Assembly (NCBI GenBank): GCA_951406725.2
Contig: OX597826.1
Location: 7,192,001 to 7,256,000 of the forward strand
Direction of reading: 5' to 3'
Source: Octopus vulgaris
Taxonomy: Eukaryota
Length of the DNA: 64,000 nucleotides
The notes beneath the pieces are model-generated. The model did not search any database. It was not told where the DNA came from and was given only the letters and a program-made list of their open reading frames with translations. Position 1 is the first letter of the stretch; the number at the start of each line of letters is the position of its first letter. Below, piece by piece: positions 28,810 to 43,940 of this stretch. The translations under genes and the position numbers were made by a program.

Positions 28810-28982
28810 ATGATTTCAAATTTTAGTACAAGGCCAGTAATTTAGGCGAAAGGAGTGACTCCATTACGTCTACCACAGTACTTAACAGGTACTTAGTTTA
28901 TCGACCCCGAAAGGATGAAAACAAAGACGACCTCGGCGGAATTTGAACTCAGAATGCTAACTGTTCTAACCAGCTCGCTAAC
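28810..28982 (-). mobile_element. Nin/Deu-type SINE, internally deleted
   Basis: TTTATCGACCCCGAAAGGATGAAA..GACCTCGGCGGAATTTGAACTCAGAA. Confidence 0.8.
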
Positions 28983-29486
28983 TTAGTAGTAATGGTAATA
29001 TTTACTTTTAACAGACAGAAAACCAGAAATTTTGCGAGGGATGTAATTTGATCTGTACTTTTGGAAATTACGTCAGTTTCATGCGATTCGTGTATTCCTT
29101 TAGGAAATGTTACGGCCTATTTATATTTATTTGATTTGAAATATCTTTTAAGTCTGATTTCTCCTTTCAGTGTTTCAAAGTGTCGAATAATAAATGAATA
29201 AATAAAGGAGTTATTTCAGTAGATGATTATCAAATAATAAAAAGTTGAAATATTTGAAGGAAAAAAAAAAACAAAGAACAGGAATAAAGGGAGATAACCA
29301 GAATAAAAGCACGCATGTGCGAAGTGTGAAACAGTAAGTAAATGAATAGAAAATTAATGAGCCACCTCAGAGTAAATATAAAAAACCCCCCAAAAAACAG
29401 CAGAAACAAAATCAAAACTGTTGAGCGAAAGAGAAGACAAATTGATGGAGAAGAATAAAAATGGCGGAGATAGAAAAATTCTAAAG

Positions 29487-29532
<46 letters not shown>

Positions 29533-29538
29533 GCACGA

Positions 29539-29662
<124 letters not shown>

Positions 29663-29675
29663 CATACATATATAT

Positions 29676-29752
<77 letters not shown>

Positions 29753-30639
29753 AGAGAACATCTTATGAATGCAGAGGAGATGAGTCAACATAAGAATAAA
29801 TGAAATTGATAAAGAGATAATATTAAGATTTTCTAAGAGGAAAAAAGGGGCTTAAAAGTATGAAGGAGAGGGAAGAGATGAATGGAACGATATAGAATAT
29901 AGTATTAATGAATGAACATACATTGAATTTGTTCGCTAATGTATGAATGAATGTAAGGAGTGAATAACGACCGCATATGTGTGGGCAGTGTATGCATACA
30001 ATACATATCATCACATATATATATATGTATATATGAATGTGTGTTTGTGTGCTGTGTGTGTGTATGTATATATATACATATGAATATATACTTATATATA
30101 TGTATATTCATATATATTATGTGTATATATACAAACACGTATATGTGCAAGGATTCATTGATATACATATATGTATTTGTTTACTATGTATGTATCTATT
30201 TACATATATACACAGATGAGCAATAAAAACGAAGATGATTATAAAATAAAGAAATTTTTTAAAATTTGATAAATAAGTAATTTTTTAAAGTATAAATAAT
30301 TAAAGGTTTCACTTATTTCTAAAACAATGAACGGAAACAGAAACGAACGAAGAATGTTTAATGTAAAGAAAATGAATTAAAAGAATTGGTAAAGTATTTC
30401 TTGTGAAAAATGAAGGAAAACATTACTAAGAGGACGAAGGGATGTATTGAGAATAGATTAAGTGGATGATGTATAATTGAAATCTAAAATGGACGAAAGG
30501 GAAGAGTATAGTATATATATTTAAAGGAGGGAAATCAAAAATATTTAGAAGGTTGAATACAGCAAAATGCTGACACTCTGGCGGTTTAGACGACAACGCA
30601 GTTTCCATTTGATCCGATCAAAGAAACAGCCAAACGTCT

Positions 30640-30945
30640 ATTTGCATTTGTCTATTTGCATTTGTCTACTCTTTATGCGAAGTCTGACCACCTCTGGTAC
30701 TTACGCTTTAGATCTGTCATGGCGTCTGATGTGGCTTTTTAAACCAGATAATAGTTTGGAAAGACACCCACATCTTTTGCATAACTGCTTTAGACAACCA
30801 AGAGCAGTAGTTGAGTTCTGATCATTGTGGATCTTAACATGTCTTTTGAGGCCTCCGTTAGATTTGGAGACCTTAAGACATTGAGAGGTATGAAGAAATA
30901 TTTAGCTAGAGTAGTTTGTGGAGGTTCGTTTTTTGTGGGTCCGCA
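30640..30945 (-). mobile_element. RTE-type LINE 3' end encoding tandem C2H2 zinc fingers
   Basis: SQCLKVSKSNGGLKRHVKIH...CKRCGCLSKLLSGLKSHIRRHDRSKA* (stop 30701-30703), then a short GTGGTCA..C..GAGTAGAC 3' end and a 14-bp tandem tail; no TGEKP linker. Confidence 0.65.
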
Positions 30946-30972
30946 TATATATATATACAATAATACTATATG

Positions 30973-31026
<54 letters not shown>

Positions 31027-31141
31027 TTATCTCTTTCTCTATATATGTATATACATGCGCCCTATGTAGTGTATATATATACACACACAATAATACTATA
31101 TAAATATATGTGTGTGTGTATGAACGTAAGATATATATATC

Positions 31142-31185
<44 letters not shown>

Positions 31186-31260
31186 TAGATAGATAGATAC
31201 ATACATACATACATACACAGACTCATAGATAGATTCTGTAAATAATGATAATAATCATAT

Positions 31261-31603
31261 TTTATAAGCTTAAAGTTTATAAGCGATCACTGTGAATTGA
31301 CGAAAGAAAATAGCTTAATACTGGGGCATATAAGCCCTCGACGGAAAACGTTGGGATTTTTGCACAGTGTTCATATCAGTGGGACTTGAACCCATGCCTC
31401 TATGTTAACCAATGATCACGTTTCCCTTCAGCAAGTTCACCATAAAAAAGCTGTTTAGGTGTGCGTTTTCCGTCATTCGAACAATGTGGCCAGTCGATCT
31501 CATTTGATTTTTCAAGATCATTGATTTAAGTGAACTGCAACTTCTTTCCCTCAGACTTAAGAACTATAAACCTATGGTAGCTTATAAGTTTTAAACTTAT
31601 AAA
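31261..31603. mobile_element. MITE-like element with 24-bp imperfect terminal inverted repeats
   Basis: TTTATAAGCTTAAAGTTTATAAGC versus GCTTATAAGTTTTAAACTTATAAA. Confidence 0.45.
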
Positions 31604-31658
31604 TTATTATTATTGACAGAAATGTGAAATTAGACACGGTTTACCAAATCGTCGTATA

Positions 31659-31790
<132 letters not shown>

Positions 31791-31899
31791 GTCACATACG
31801 TGTACTTATACAATATTACTATGCATAAGCGTTGGGTATACATACATGCATACATACATACACACACATATTTATGTATATAGAATCTCCATTTTAGCA

Positions 31900-32290
31900 A
31901 ATTATAATGTGTAAAAGCAACTTTAAAAGAATTCAACAAATGTGAGAATTATTGAAGATATGTAGGAGTAAAGACAGATTAAATTACAATATAATCAGGG
32001 AGAATAAAATTACTAATGGCGAAGAATAAATGTAGCTATGAAGCAGAAATACCCAAATGCAAATAGAAATAAAACGACCTTAAAGCAAAAAGAAACTAAA
32101 AATAAACCTGGAATATTTAAAAATGGCGTAGTATGCTCAAGAATGCCAGCTAATATGCAGACTAATTAATTAATGAACCTGCCAGTTTTAATCCAGACGG
32201 AAGGTATGTAACTACTATATTCTCTACATATTTAGTTTAAGACGTACAGATGGTGATGATATTAACACTGCGCAAAGAATAAAATTAAAA
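31900..32290 (+). mobile_element. Highly decayed PLE GIY-YIG endonuclease remnant
   Basis: VKATL...RYVGV, YEAEIPK, DLKAK..TWNI, PASFNPDGR parallel the PLE pattern VYKATV..YIG..TELSK..LK..W.I..YNP..CNLC; many stops. Confidence 0.4.
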
Positions 32291-32741
32291 GTTTAAAAAT
32301 TTAGAATAAATGATTACAAAAAAGGAGAAATTTAATTTGATTAGAATCAACTTCCTGTACTTAAAAGTTCGCCAGTCTCATATAATTTACCTTGATGTTT
32401 CCCTGATGTATAATAAAGATAAGTCGGATGAAAATATTGTGATGTTGTTGTTGTTGTTGTTGTTTTTCTGAAATGGATGATGTAATGATGTAAATGTATT
32501 AAAGAATTTGATGGAGAAACATTTGTTCCTCTAAGTTAATAGATGATTACGCAATTCCTTTTTGTTTATCCATTAACATATATCTATATGTTTGTGTGTG
32601 TGTCAGAATATGTATATATCCATTAACATATATACATATATACGTCTCTGTGTGTGTGTATATCTATGTCATTTTTCCTGTCTTCGTTTTCATTTTTGAT
32701 GTGATATAGTACATACTTCAACGCATACATACGTGTGCGTG

Positions 32742-32800
<59 letters not shown>

Positions 32801-32802
<2 letters not shown>

Positions 32803-33085
32803 CACCGTGACCGACCAGGCTATCAGATGTTGCTACACATCGCTGGTCACAATGCGCTTCGCATAGTTTTAGACTTCAAATGACGTCACCCCGCTGGCTA
32901 AGCGAGCAGGCCAACAGAAGAAAGAGTGAGAGAAAGTTGTGGAGAAAGAGTACAGCAGGGTTCACCACCACCCTCTGCCGGAGCCTCGTGGAGCTTTAGG
33001 TGTTTTCGCTCAATAAACACTCACAACACTCGATCTGGGAATCGAAACCGCGATCCGACGACCGCGAGTCCGCTGCCCTAACCAC
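32801..33085 (-). mobile_element. tRNA-derived SINE (group 3)
   Basis: Homologous to 27425-27736. Confidence 0.9.
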
Positions 33086-33548
33086 TATACAGATATATAT
33101 ATATATATATATACACATTATATATGTGCCACTCGATTCTGTTATTCTGTTATTAGAATGCGGTCATGCCGGGGCATCACATTGGAGATTTCTAGTCGTA
33201 CGAATCGAATGCATACTTTTTTTTTTCAGAACCTGGTATGTATTCTATTGGACAACGTTGCCGAACCATTAAGAATGAACAAAGGTTGTAAAGCGTTGGT
33301 AAGGGACAAACACAGACGCAAAGATACAAACGCACGCACACACACATACACATGCACACACGCACGCACATATATGCACTCTCTCAATCATACACACACG
33401 CACATATGCAGAATGTGTTTTTTCCAGTTTCCTTCTACGAAATTTACTCAAAAGCATTTGGTTTGGCGGAGGCAATGTAAGACAATCCTTGCCTGAGCTA
33501 CCAGGTATTGGAACTGGACGCGAAATCATGTGATATATATTTTTCTAA

Positions 33549-33604
<56 letters not shown>

Positions 33605-33870
33605 TAGGAGTTTAAAACCTTTTAGGAATAATTATATTCAAAAGCGCTCCTTGTGATTATCTGAGTAGGTACAGTCCTATGTAAAGATGTACGGTAGCAG
33701 ATAGTACGGTAGCCGGTAGTTCGGTGAGAAAACCGTAGTTCAGGTTGTATACGAGAAGAAAATGTATGTAAATAAAAAGGAGAAACTCGTAATTTTCGAT
33801 GGTATTAAATTAAAGGCGTACCAACAAAAACGAAGAGTTTCAACTTATTATTTACATTCATTTTCGTCTC

Positions 33871-33907
<37 letters not shown>

Positions 33908-33909
33908 AC

Positions 33910-34500
33910 AGATGGAAGTGGAAATAGCACAGAGTTAAGTCTCATGCGCTTCAGTTTAAGAGGGACTTTAATAAAAGAATACATAAATAAAATCATTAAT
34001 CAGTTTCGATGTATTTCATCTTATCAAATATTAGTAAAATTTTATAAAAATTTGTAAGATTTGAAGTAAAAACAGTTTATCTTCTGTCCGGTGGTCAAAA
34101 ACATGTCTGGAGATTTTTCATTGAAGTCTTCTTTAAATATAGTTTGGTACAGAGTACAAAGTGTTAGAGAGTGAGAGAAGGGATGCTAATGGTCTAAAAG
34201 AAATCTTTATGTGTTCCTGTCACACGCACATACACTTGGACACATACAAAAGAAAACATCACAAAAATAATCACACAAACACACAAACACACTCACATAT
34301 AGAGAGAAGAAAACCTCTCAAAAGCACACTAACACACAGCTGGTGACCACATATATATACACAGGTGGAGACACTCAAAAGAATATCCAAAGAAAAATCC
34401 TAATCTTTTTTTAATAAGAGAATTTCTTCACAGCATACACACCCATCAACTCACAGCTGGTCATTTTTCAAAACATATTGGAAGGACATTCAACACAATA

Positions 34501-34569
<69 letters not shown>

Positions 34570-34949
34570 ACACACACATACAAGTGTATATAAAACCCAT
34601 TCAATAAATGCTTTTTAGCTACTCCCTTGATGGGAACACACGAAGATTTCTTTTACAGAATAGAAGCCTCTTCTCACATTCTCTAACACTTTGTACTCTA
34701 TACCAAACTAGATTTAAAGAAGACTTCAAACGAAAAATCTTCAGACATGTTTTTGACTACCAAACAGAAGATAAACTGTTTTTACTTCAAATTTTTCAAA
34801 TTTTTTAAATAAATATTTACAATTATTTAATAAGATGAAATACATCGAAACCGGTAATATTAATATTTTTATTTATATAATGTTTTATTAAATTCCCTCT
34901 TAAACTGAAATATCTTTGACTTAATTCTTTTCAATTTCCAACACCATCT
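33910..34949. repeat. Large inverted repeat with arms 33910-34217 and 34633-34949 (~310 bp) and a ~415-bp spacer; each arm carries a hammerhead variant
   Basis: For example GTTTGGTACAGAGTACAAAGTGTTAGAGA versus TCTCTAACACTTTGTACTCTATACCAAAC; flanked by (TA)n. Confidence 0.9.
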
Positions 34950-35001
34950 TTTTTAAATTAAAAAATTTGATTTTATATAGATCTCTAATCTTATTTCGAC
35001 T

Positions 35002-35056
<55 letters not shown>

Positions 35057-35058
<2 letters not shown>

Positions 35059-35169
35059 CCGAAATTGCGAGGTTGATCCGGTTCTTGACTGAAGATTGAA
35101 TGCTTCGAATGACCCCTCCGTGTTTTTTGTATCTTCTATTTGGATGTTTTGCGTTCTTATCCCATTTTG

Positions 35170-35172
<3 letters not shown>
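35057..35172 (+). mobile_element. Short repeat between (TA)n tracts, homologous to 20166-20245 (PLE terminus-like)
   Basis: GGATGTTTTGCGTTCTTATCCCATTTTGTATTT versus AAATACAAAATGAGACAAGAACGCAAAACATCC. Confidence 0.6.
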
Positions 35173-35208
<36 letters not shown>

Positions 35209-35578
35209 CATACATGCATATATACATAGCAATATATATACAAGTGATTGTAATATGGATTAACATTTTATAAACCACGATTCAAGTGTAATACCAGGAG
35301 AGGTAGACCAGATTTTCAAATTGATTTTAATAGTAACGCTAAAGCCTTCAACTGAATACCAATGCAGGAAATTTGCTTGAATTAGTTCGCTTCGAAAATG
35401 TGATGGAGCCGTAATGAAATTTCAGCGACTTGGATGCGTAAAGGCATACGGAGCGATGTGCACTTGCTGCAATTGAAACATATGTTGGTCATTGTGCTAT
35501 ATATGCTGTAAAAAACGTTTTTAATAAAAGGTTTATGGATGTGAATAAATCTCCACTCCCCTCTTCGATTTCCATTAT

Positions 35579-35625
<47 letters not shown>

Positions 35626-38407
35626 GTATGTCTGTGTGTGTTTGTCTATGTGTCAATAAATCTGTGTGCATTTATATTCATTTCAGCATTAGTCTATTGC
35701 AATATGTGTATAAACCTCTGTCTTTTGTAGTGTCTTCTTCAGTTTTGCGATCATTGCTCTCATCATATAATTTATCCCCTCTGATTAAGTGCTTTGCTAC
35801 TTCAGAATTTCCCTAAGGTGTTACCGGTTTCTCCGATCTATTCATACTACACAGTTACAAGCTGCTGCCCAACCCGAAATAGTCTATTACGTGACCTACA
35901 CTGTGATATTGATAACTTTTGCCTTGTTCTTTAATACCAAAGTTCATATCCCTATATTCTACATACACATCTCCCACATATATATAACCTTGTTGGAAGT
36001 TTTGAATTTACTTATCTCTCAATGCCTATACATATATATGTGTGTGTGCATGGGTGAATATTTGTGATACGCAGTGTGATTTTGTACGTATATTAACGTG
36101 TGTTTACACGTCCATATATTATTTTCTTAGAGTATGTATCAATTTTATTGTTCTTCATATCTTGCAGCTACGCTACGGTATATATTGAAATATGATGTCG
36201 ATTGAGGGCGACCTCTTGCTACCCTCTTTATCAGTATTTATACTACATAATTCTACATATTACAACAAATCTGGAGATGGAGATCTTCAAATAGTTTCAT
36301 ATCCTCCACTTTGTATCAGTGCTGGCAGTCTATCAAAATATTTACCATTGGGACTGATCGTATTTCGCGACTTGATCACTGTTCTCCGTGGTATTATTAC
36401 TATATCCATTGTGTGTCTGTGGATTGTCTTATCAAAACGTCAATTCCTGTTTCCCTTGATATATTTATCTTCATTGATTTGCTTTAAAGATACATAAAAC
36501 ACACACACACAAACATATACATATACGTATTTAGACAATGACTATGGATTGATATAAACCACCACACAATTTAGTTATATGAAATTGCTTAAGGGTAAAG
36601 TATTTCTGGAAATATATATGAAGTACGATTCTTTCCTAAGTATAGTATTTTTCTTAGTTGAAGCAAAAAACATTTCACGCATATTTTGAAGTCTACACGA
36701 ATATTTAACTATATATTCACACACATACTCACACACACGCATCCTTACCCATCCACCCACACACACATACATACATACATACATACATACATAAACATAA
36801 ACATATATATCTATATGTATATCTATATCATATCTATGAATCTATATTTATATCTATATCAATATCTGAATATTCATGCATATGTATGCATTTATATGTA
36901 TTTATGCGTGTCTACACACACACTACACACACACATACACAAACACACACACACATACACAAACACCATACACATACATATATGCATAGACATATGTATG
37001 TAAGTATGTATGTATGTATGTATGTATGTATGTATGTATGTATGTATGTATGTATGTATGTATGTATGTATGTATATATGTATGTCCCGTACGTATGTTC
37101 TTCAAAAATAAAACTTTTTGATCGAATTCTTGATGCAGTCACAATAGAATAAGAAAGTTACTAATCTTATTTCATTCGTCCCACGACAAGATTCCGCATT
37201 TCTCGCTTGCATTATTTCTTCATCTAATGTAATTTTCGCTTTTGCTGAGAATCTTTTAAGATATAATCATTTTCTTTGTTAATAATCAGTGAAATTACAA
37301 CTAATTTTCTGGTATTTGTAGGTGTAGAATTGGTAGCGAACGTTAGGCCGAACGTAAGATATTCTGGTTTCTAAGTTTACTAGTGACTTACAGTTTAGTT
37401 TTTGTTATCACTGTCATTGGTATCTCCACAAAGCAGGGATTGGAATCTCTCTGCTTTGGTTATAGCCATGACTTACTAATGTGTTTCGGATATTTTTGTT
37501 TCTGAAGAGATGGTCTTAATTCTACAAGTGTGCGTATCTAATTTGTACGAAGATATATGTTTTGTCATTATAAATGAAATATTCCTTTGAAGATGAGATG
37601 GATGGCAAGACTTAAAAATCTAAATATTAGTTTGAGTTCGTGTTCTTGCAGTAGAAATCGGTTGAGAGATTCTCATTTTCCTCAAATCCAAAATGTCAAA
37701 AAGAAAAAAAAAAAGTTTTCAATAATTCTTTTCCAGGTGAAATGGGATCGATCTTTTCATGATGTAACTTTGAAGAATCTCGTAACATCTTTGAAGTTGT
37801 GTCCCGAAATGCGAAGCGGTCATCCAGGAACCTTTTCTAGATTTCTTTGAAATAGGACTAGAAATGTTCATAAAAAGTAATCTGAGGTAGGATATAAACT
37901 TTAAGGAATCCCATCGCTAGTGTTTCAAACATGGGTGCCGCATTGATGTTCTTTCTGGTCCCTTTTATTTGAAGGTGACCTTGATTATGAAAGAAGTATT
38001 TTTACCATAAATTCATTTGGGAATTTCTCACGAATCTGAATCTGAATATATACACCGGGAATCATCCAACCAGACCTCCTACATGTATATATAAATTCCT
38101 CACCCCAAACTTATATATACACATGCATGGCGCAAAATATAAGGGGTGGTGCGAAAGGCATTTTTCATGTTAAAAATGAATTAAGCCTGAAAATGGAAAT
38201 TGACTTTTAAGTCGCCCTGTATTATTTCGTATTAGACGACAGATAATATTTTATGGCAATGCCAAAAACAAAAGCGAAAAACTAAGTTACAACAAAACTA
38301 TAGAGTAGACATTATGTGGTTTTATGACTTGCTGAAAAGAGAAGCTAAAGTTCTCTTTCACTCAATCACACTCACTCTGTCTCTCTGTCTCTGTCTGTCT
38401 CTGTCTC

Positions 38408-38443
<36 letters not shown>

Positions 38444-39644
38444 GCTCTCTTAAACCATACTGTAAAGTCTTAAATTAATGTCTGATTGGACTGTGTAGTC
38501 TGTTATACAAAATAATGGACAGTGACGAATGAAGCACATTTGATCGAAGTCCTGCTGGATTGGGATCTCACAGGCATCTGAACGTCTACCGTAATAACAA
38601 CACCAGCATTATTTACAGCAGAATATGAAAACCCCTCCCGGGAACAGTAACAAAGTTTCCCGCAAATTACACTTTAAGCATCTTAATTGAGGATATATAC
38701 GATGAGGTGGTCCTAAATACACTATATAGCTAGGATATAAAGCGATGTTCATTATAGAAGGAAATTTTTCCATCAACATGTTTACATAATCAGAAGGAGT
38801 TTGAGGGATAAAAGAAAAGAGTTGAAAAATAATTTGCGTCAGCCCTTGTTTTTTGTTTTTATTTTTGTTTTTCCCAATTTATAACGTCTACTTCATCATT
38901 GAGGTAAAGATTACAACTGGAATCAGAAACTGATAAGGGCACATGATTGAACAGCGTTGTGTCATTGTTGCTGCGGTTGCTAATGCTGATTAGCCTCAGG
39001 TCAGCTCCGACGGAGCAAACTAATGATGGAACGTATTACCATTGGACGCAGCAACTGGAAGTAAATCCTAATTGAACAGCGGTGTATTTTAGATAATGTT
39101 GCTGTTGTTTGACCTTAGGACACCACTGATGAAGCACACCCAATGATCAAAAGGATTCTAGACATTATCTTCCTCTATACTCTATTCAGCTGTAATATAT
39201 CCCATATGTTCTTCCCTGTTTTCCAAGACGTTGGGATTCTATACAAGCAACACTTCACTGAAGGTTAAGCGAGCTTGTTGATGGATCCAAGTGTTAATTG
39301 TTTTAGAGAGAAACAATACCATCGAGATTATTCGAACCACATCACTATCGTTTTCCAGGAGATTAGATTACCGATCACAGAACACATAGAGGGATGTGTT
39401 AGCTTTGCGTGTTGATTTCAATGACATATGTCATAATAACATTATGTCTGCCGCAGATTGAAGTGATATGGCATTCTCCGGGACGACATTGCAAAAGTAG
39501 CGAACCTTTATTCCATACCCAAAATTCAGCATATATACATATAAACATGCATATGTGTTTATATGTGTATATGCATATATATATATGTATATACAGATAA
39601 GTGTATAAGCTTACATAATGCACAACCAAACATATATACTTGCA

Positions 39645-40102
<458 letters not shown>

Positions 40103-40684
40103 GGGGATGGAAATATAAAGTAAAATGATGTGAACGTGTTTACCAAAAAGAACATCCGCTCGTTTACATTTTGTTTACTCTAAAAATCTGCTTATCCCAC
40201 TGTTGTATAGAATTGTAATATGCAAGTGTTTGTATGTCCGTGTATGTGTATGTGGTGGGGATGGGGTTGCATATTCTCGTGCATTTGTCGTTCACTTCAT
40301 GTTTGTGTATTCCTGTATGTAATACGAAGAAATATTATTTATGATATTTAGCATATGTGTATGATCGTTGCGTTGCACGTCGTTAGTTCAAACAACATTA
40401 TATGCCCTTTGTGTAGTAACATTTCGTGAGTAAGGGAAGAGGCTAGCTACAATGGAATGGAACTTGTCTCAGAGCAACGATGTTCCGGGAGCTTGTCGCA
40501 TCCGTAGCGATGCTTGTTATTAGAATCTCTCTATCTCTCTTTCTCTTTCTCTCTCTCTCTCGTCCCCTCTATCTAACTACCTACCTACCTACAAATCTAT
40601 TTGTCTAACTATGTATCTAACAACCTATCTATTATCTATCGAGCTATCTATGTATGTATGTATGTATGTATGTATGTATGTATG

Positions 40685-40778
<94 letters not shown>

Positions 40779-41037
40779 AATGTATATATATATAGATATG
40801 TATTTTAGTATGCATTTGCATATGCATGTGTTTGTGTGTATAAAAATGCATATAGACTCGTTACACTATATGTGTGTGTGTGTGTGTGTGTGTTTATATT
40901 TACGTCTATGTGTATGTGAAGTCTAGCAAGTCGAAACTTTGTAGTCTCTATCACCCTTCTACTTTGAGAAATATAATGAACATGTAATCTGCGAAAAAAT
41001 TTCAGAAATTTTTCGGTTTGATATTGAGTTGTTTTCA

Positions 41038-41252
41038 AGCGGCAAGCTGGCACAATTGTTAACTCGTCGGAAAAAATACTTAGCAGTATTTCATCCGTTG
41101 TTACGTTCTGAGTTCAAATTCCGCCGAGGCCGACTTTACCTTTCATCCTCTCGGGGGTCAATAATAAAAGTACCATTCGAGTCCTGAGGTCTATGAAATC
41201 GACTTATCCCCCTCTCCCGAAATTTCTATCCTCGTACCAGAATTCGAAACTA
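41038..41252 (+). mobile_element. Nin/Deu-type SINE (older tail type)
   Basis: GCGGCAAGCTGGCAC head, CTTTCATCCTCTCGGGGGTCAATAA. Confidence 0.82.
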
Positions 41253-41590
41253 ATATTAAATCGCCTTATATTGTAAATCTACATAAAAACAAATATTTAA
41301 TACTCGCGTGTGTTCTTGCCCGGTTAATTATTATTTCCGTAAACACAAAGGGAAAATGTACACGAAACACAATAGACAGAATATAGGAGTGTAATATTTA
41401 GAAAATTTTCAATAGACGCGGTTAAGATCTAGTTAACATTGTATAGAATGGGTTACCGTGGATACTGGATTGTTTATTTAGCTTAATTGTTGAGTGTTAA
41501 GTTCATGGCCGAAGGAAACAATGGAATATCTTTGATATTGAGCGGCAGAGATTATAGATATTATCTCCAATTAGCCATTTTATTTACGAG

Positions 41591-41646
<56 letters not shown>

Positions 41647-41856
41647 CTTAGAATTTTCTTATATAGGAGTGAGATGCGAAATAATTAGGCCTGCATTAGT
41701 TTGTTGTGCTATTTATTTCCCTGGGGTCAGACATAGGAAGGTTTTTTCCTTCTGAATCCTGAATCGAAACGCACAGAGAGGATAAGGTAATCTAATATGG
41801 AATCGGTGCCTCATCAACAGAAGATTTCCTGTTGCTGTTGATTAGGCTGCCACTGC

Positions 41857-42345
<489 letters not shown>

Positions 42346-42606
42346 ACAACCACCACCTCCACTGATATTCAACGATAAATGTCGTTGGAGAAAAAGGAAA
42401 GTACATACTTAATACCTAACTGTCAGATTCTTCACTTGCTCAATATTGTAAATATGTTGAAGTTGAAACTTTTCAATGAACGTAGAGAACCAGACCGAAA
42501 TCTCATGAATACTAGGCTATCCATGGTAATTAACAGAAGGCATAATGTCTATACATACATACATTCAAACATATATCTATATATCTATCTATCACTGTGT
42601 CTCTGC

Positions 42607-42719
<113 letters not shown>

Positions 42720-42723
42720 CGTG

Positions 42724-42810
42724 TGGAGGCGCAATGGCCCAGTGGTTAGGGCAGCGGACTCGCAGTTGTAGGATCGCGGTTTCGATTCCCAGACCGGGTG
42801 TTGTGAGTGT
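42724..42810 (+). mobile_element. Group 3 SINE head only (tRNA-like; not a tRNA gene)
   Basis: Nearly identical to the head of 27425-27736. Confidence 0.85.
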
Positions 42811-42871
42811 ATATATGTGTGTGTGTGTGTGTATGTATATGCATATATATATTTATATATATACATTTATA

Positions 42872-42921
<50 letters not shown>

Positions 42922-43940
42922 GTATGTATACGTGTGTATATACACAGACACTGAAACACACATCTATATGTATATATATGTATATGTGTGTGAGTATGTA
43001 TAATCATATTTATACAAATATAAATTCATCAAAGTGTGTGTGAGATTGTGTATTTCTTTGTATGTGTGTAATAAAGTACAAAATTTTTATGAAAACCTGA
43101 AGTTAAATACACTGCGAGAAACTATTAATATATAGGCGAGATTCTGTCCCCGAATATCAGCCAAATTATGCATTAGATTTTGCCTACTACTTTTGAAGAC
43201 ATTTGCAGTCTTATTTAGCCTACTCTCACAAGCTTTCGATGCATAACCCAACATCTTATGACAGGGTTAAAATAATATATAAGAATGGTTCTTCTTCCAT
43301 TTCCACGAATACCTTGGAACTCTTAAAGTTGAATCGTACCAATACTCTTCGTATTCGATTGCTATTAATAAGACTCTCATTCAGATTGCTCTACAAAGCA
43401 AGATCTACCGCCAGGAACATACACAAGAATGTAGCTTGAAAAGTGATAGTTATTCTAGAACAGAGATTCTCAACAATTTTCTATCAATGGAAATCTTTGA
43501 TTACTATTTTATTCCTGTGGACCCCATTGCTATTCAATGTTTAAAAGCTAGTTTCAAAATTGCTATCTTGCTTTTCACACAATAATTAGTGTATGAAGAA
43601 CTACGTAAATTGTTAGAGAAAGAAACCTAAGTCGTTCTTGCAATCCGTACCAATACATCAACAACATTTTTTATCTTTTATCAGGTGCCCTTACAATTCT
43701 ATTGTGGATGGTGGATTCCCAATGTATTATTCCATTGCGTGGAACCCAAAATTGTTTATGAACCAATAGATGCCATATAGACCCTGCTTGAGAAGCATTG
43801 TGCTACAATGAGAATCTATACAGAAGAAAAAAAAGGAAAAAGGAAAAATGAAATCACACGACTTCATCAATGAAGAAAGGAAACTTAACTACGAGCTGAA
43901 GCTCGACTTCAGCTCTATCAATATGTACCATAAGAATACC

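Noticed and set aside
42724-42800. tRNA gene-like sequence (also at 52153 and 59472)
   Set aside because: No proper acceptor stem; it matches SINE heads that continue into SINE bodies elsewhere in the window.
43280-43420. Faint Helitron/Pif1 helicase resemblance (FPRIP...YSIAINK)
   Set aside because: Too short and dependent on frameshifts to support by eye; needs a frameshift-aware protein search.
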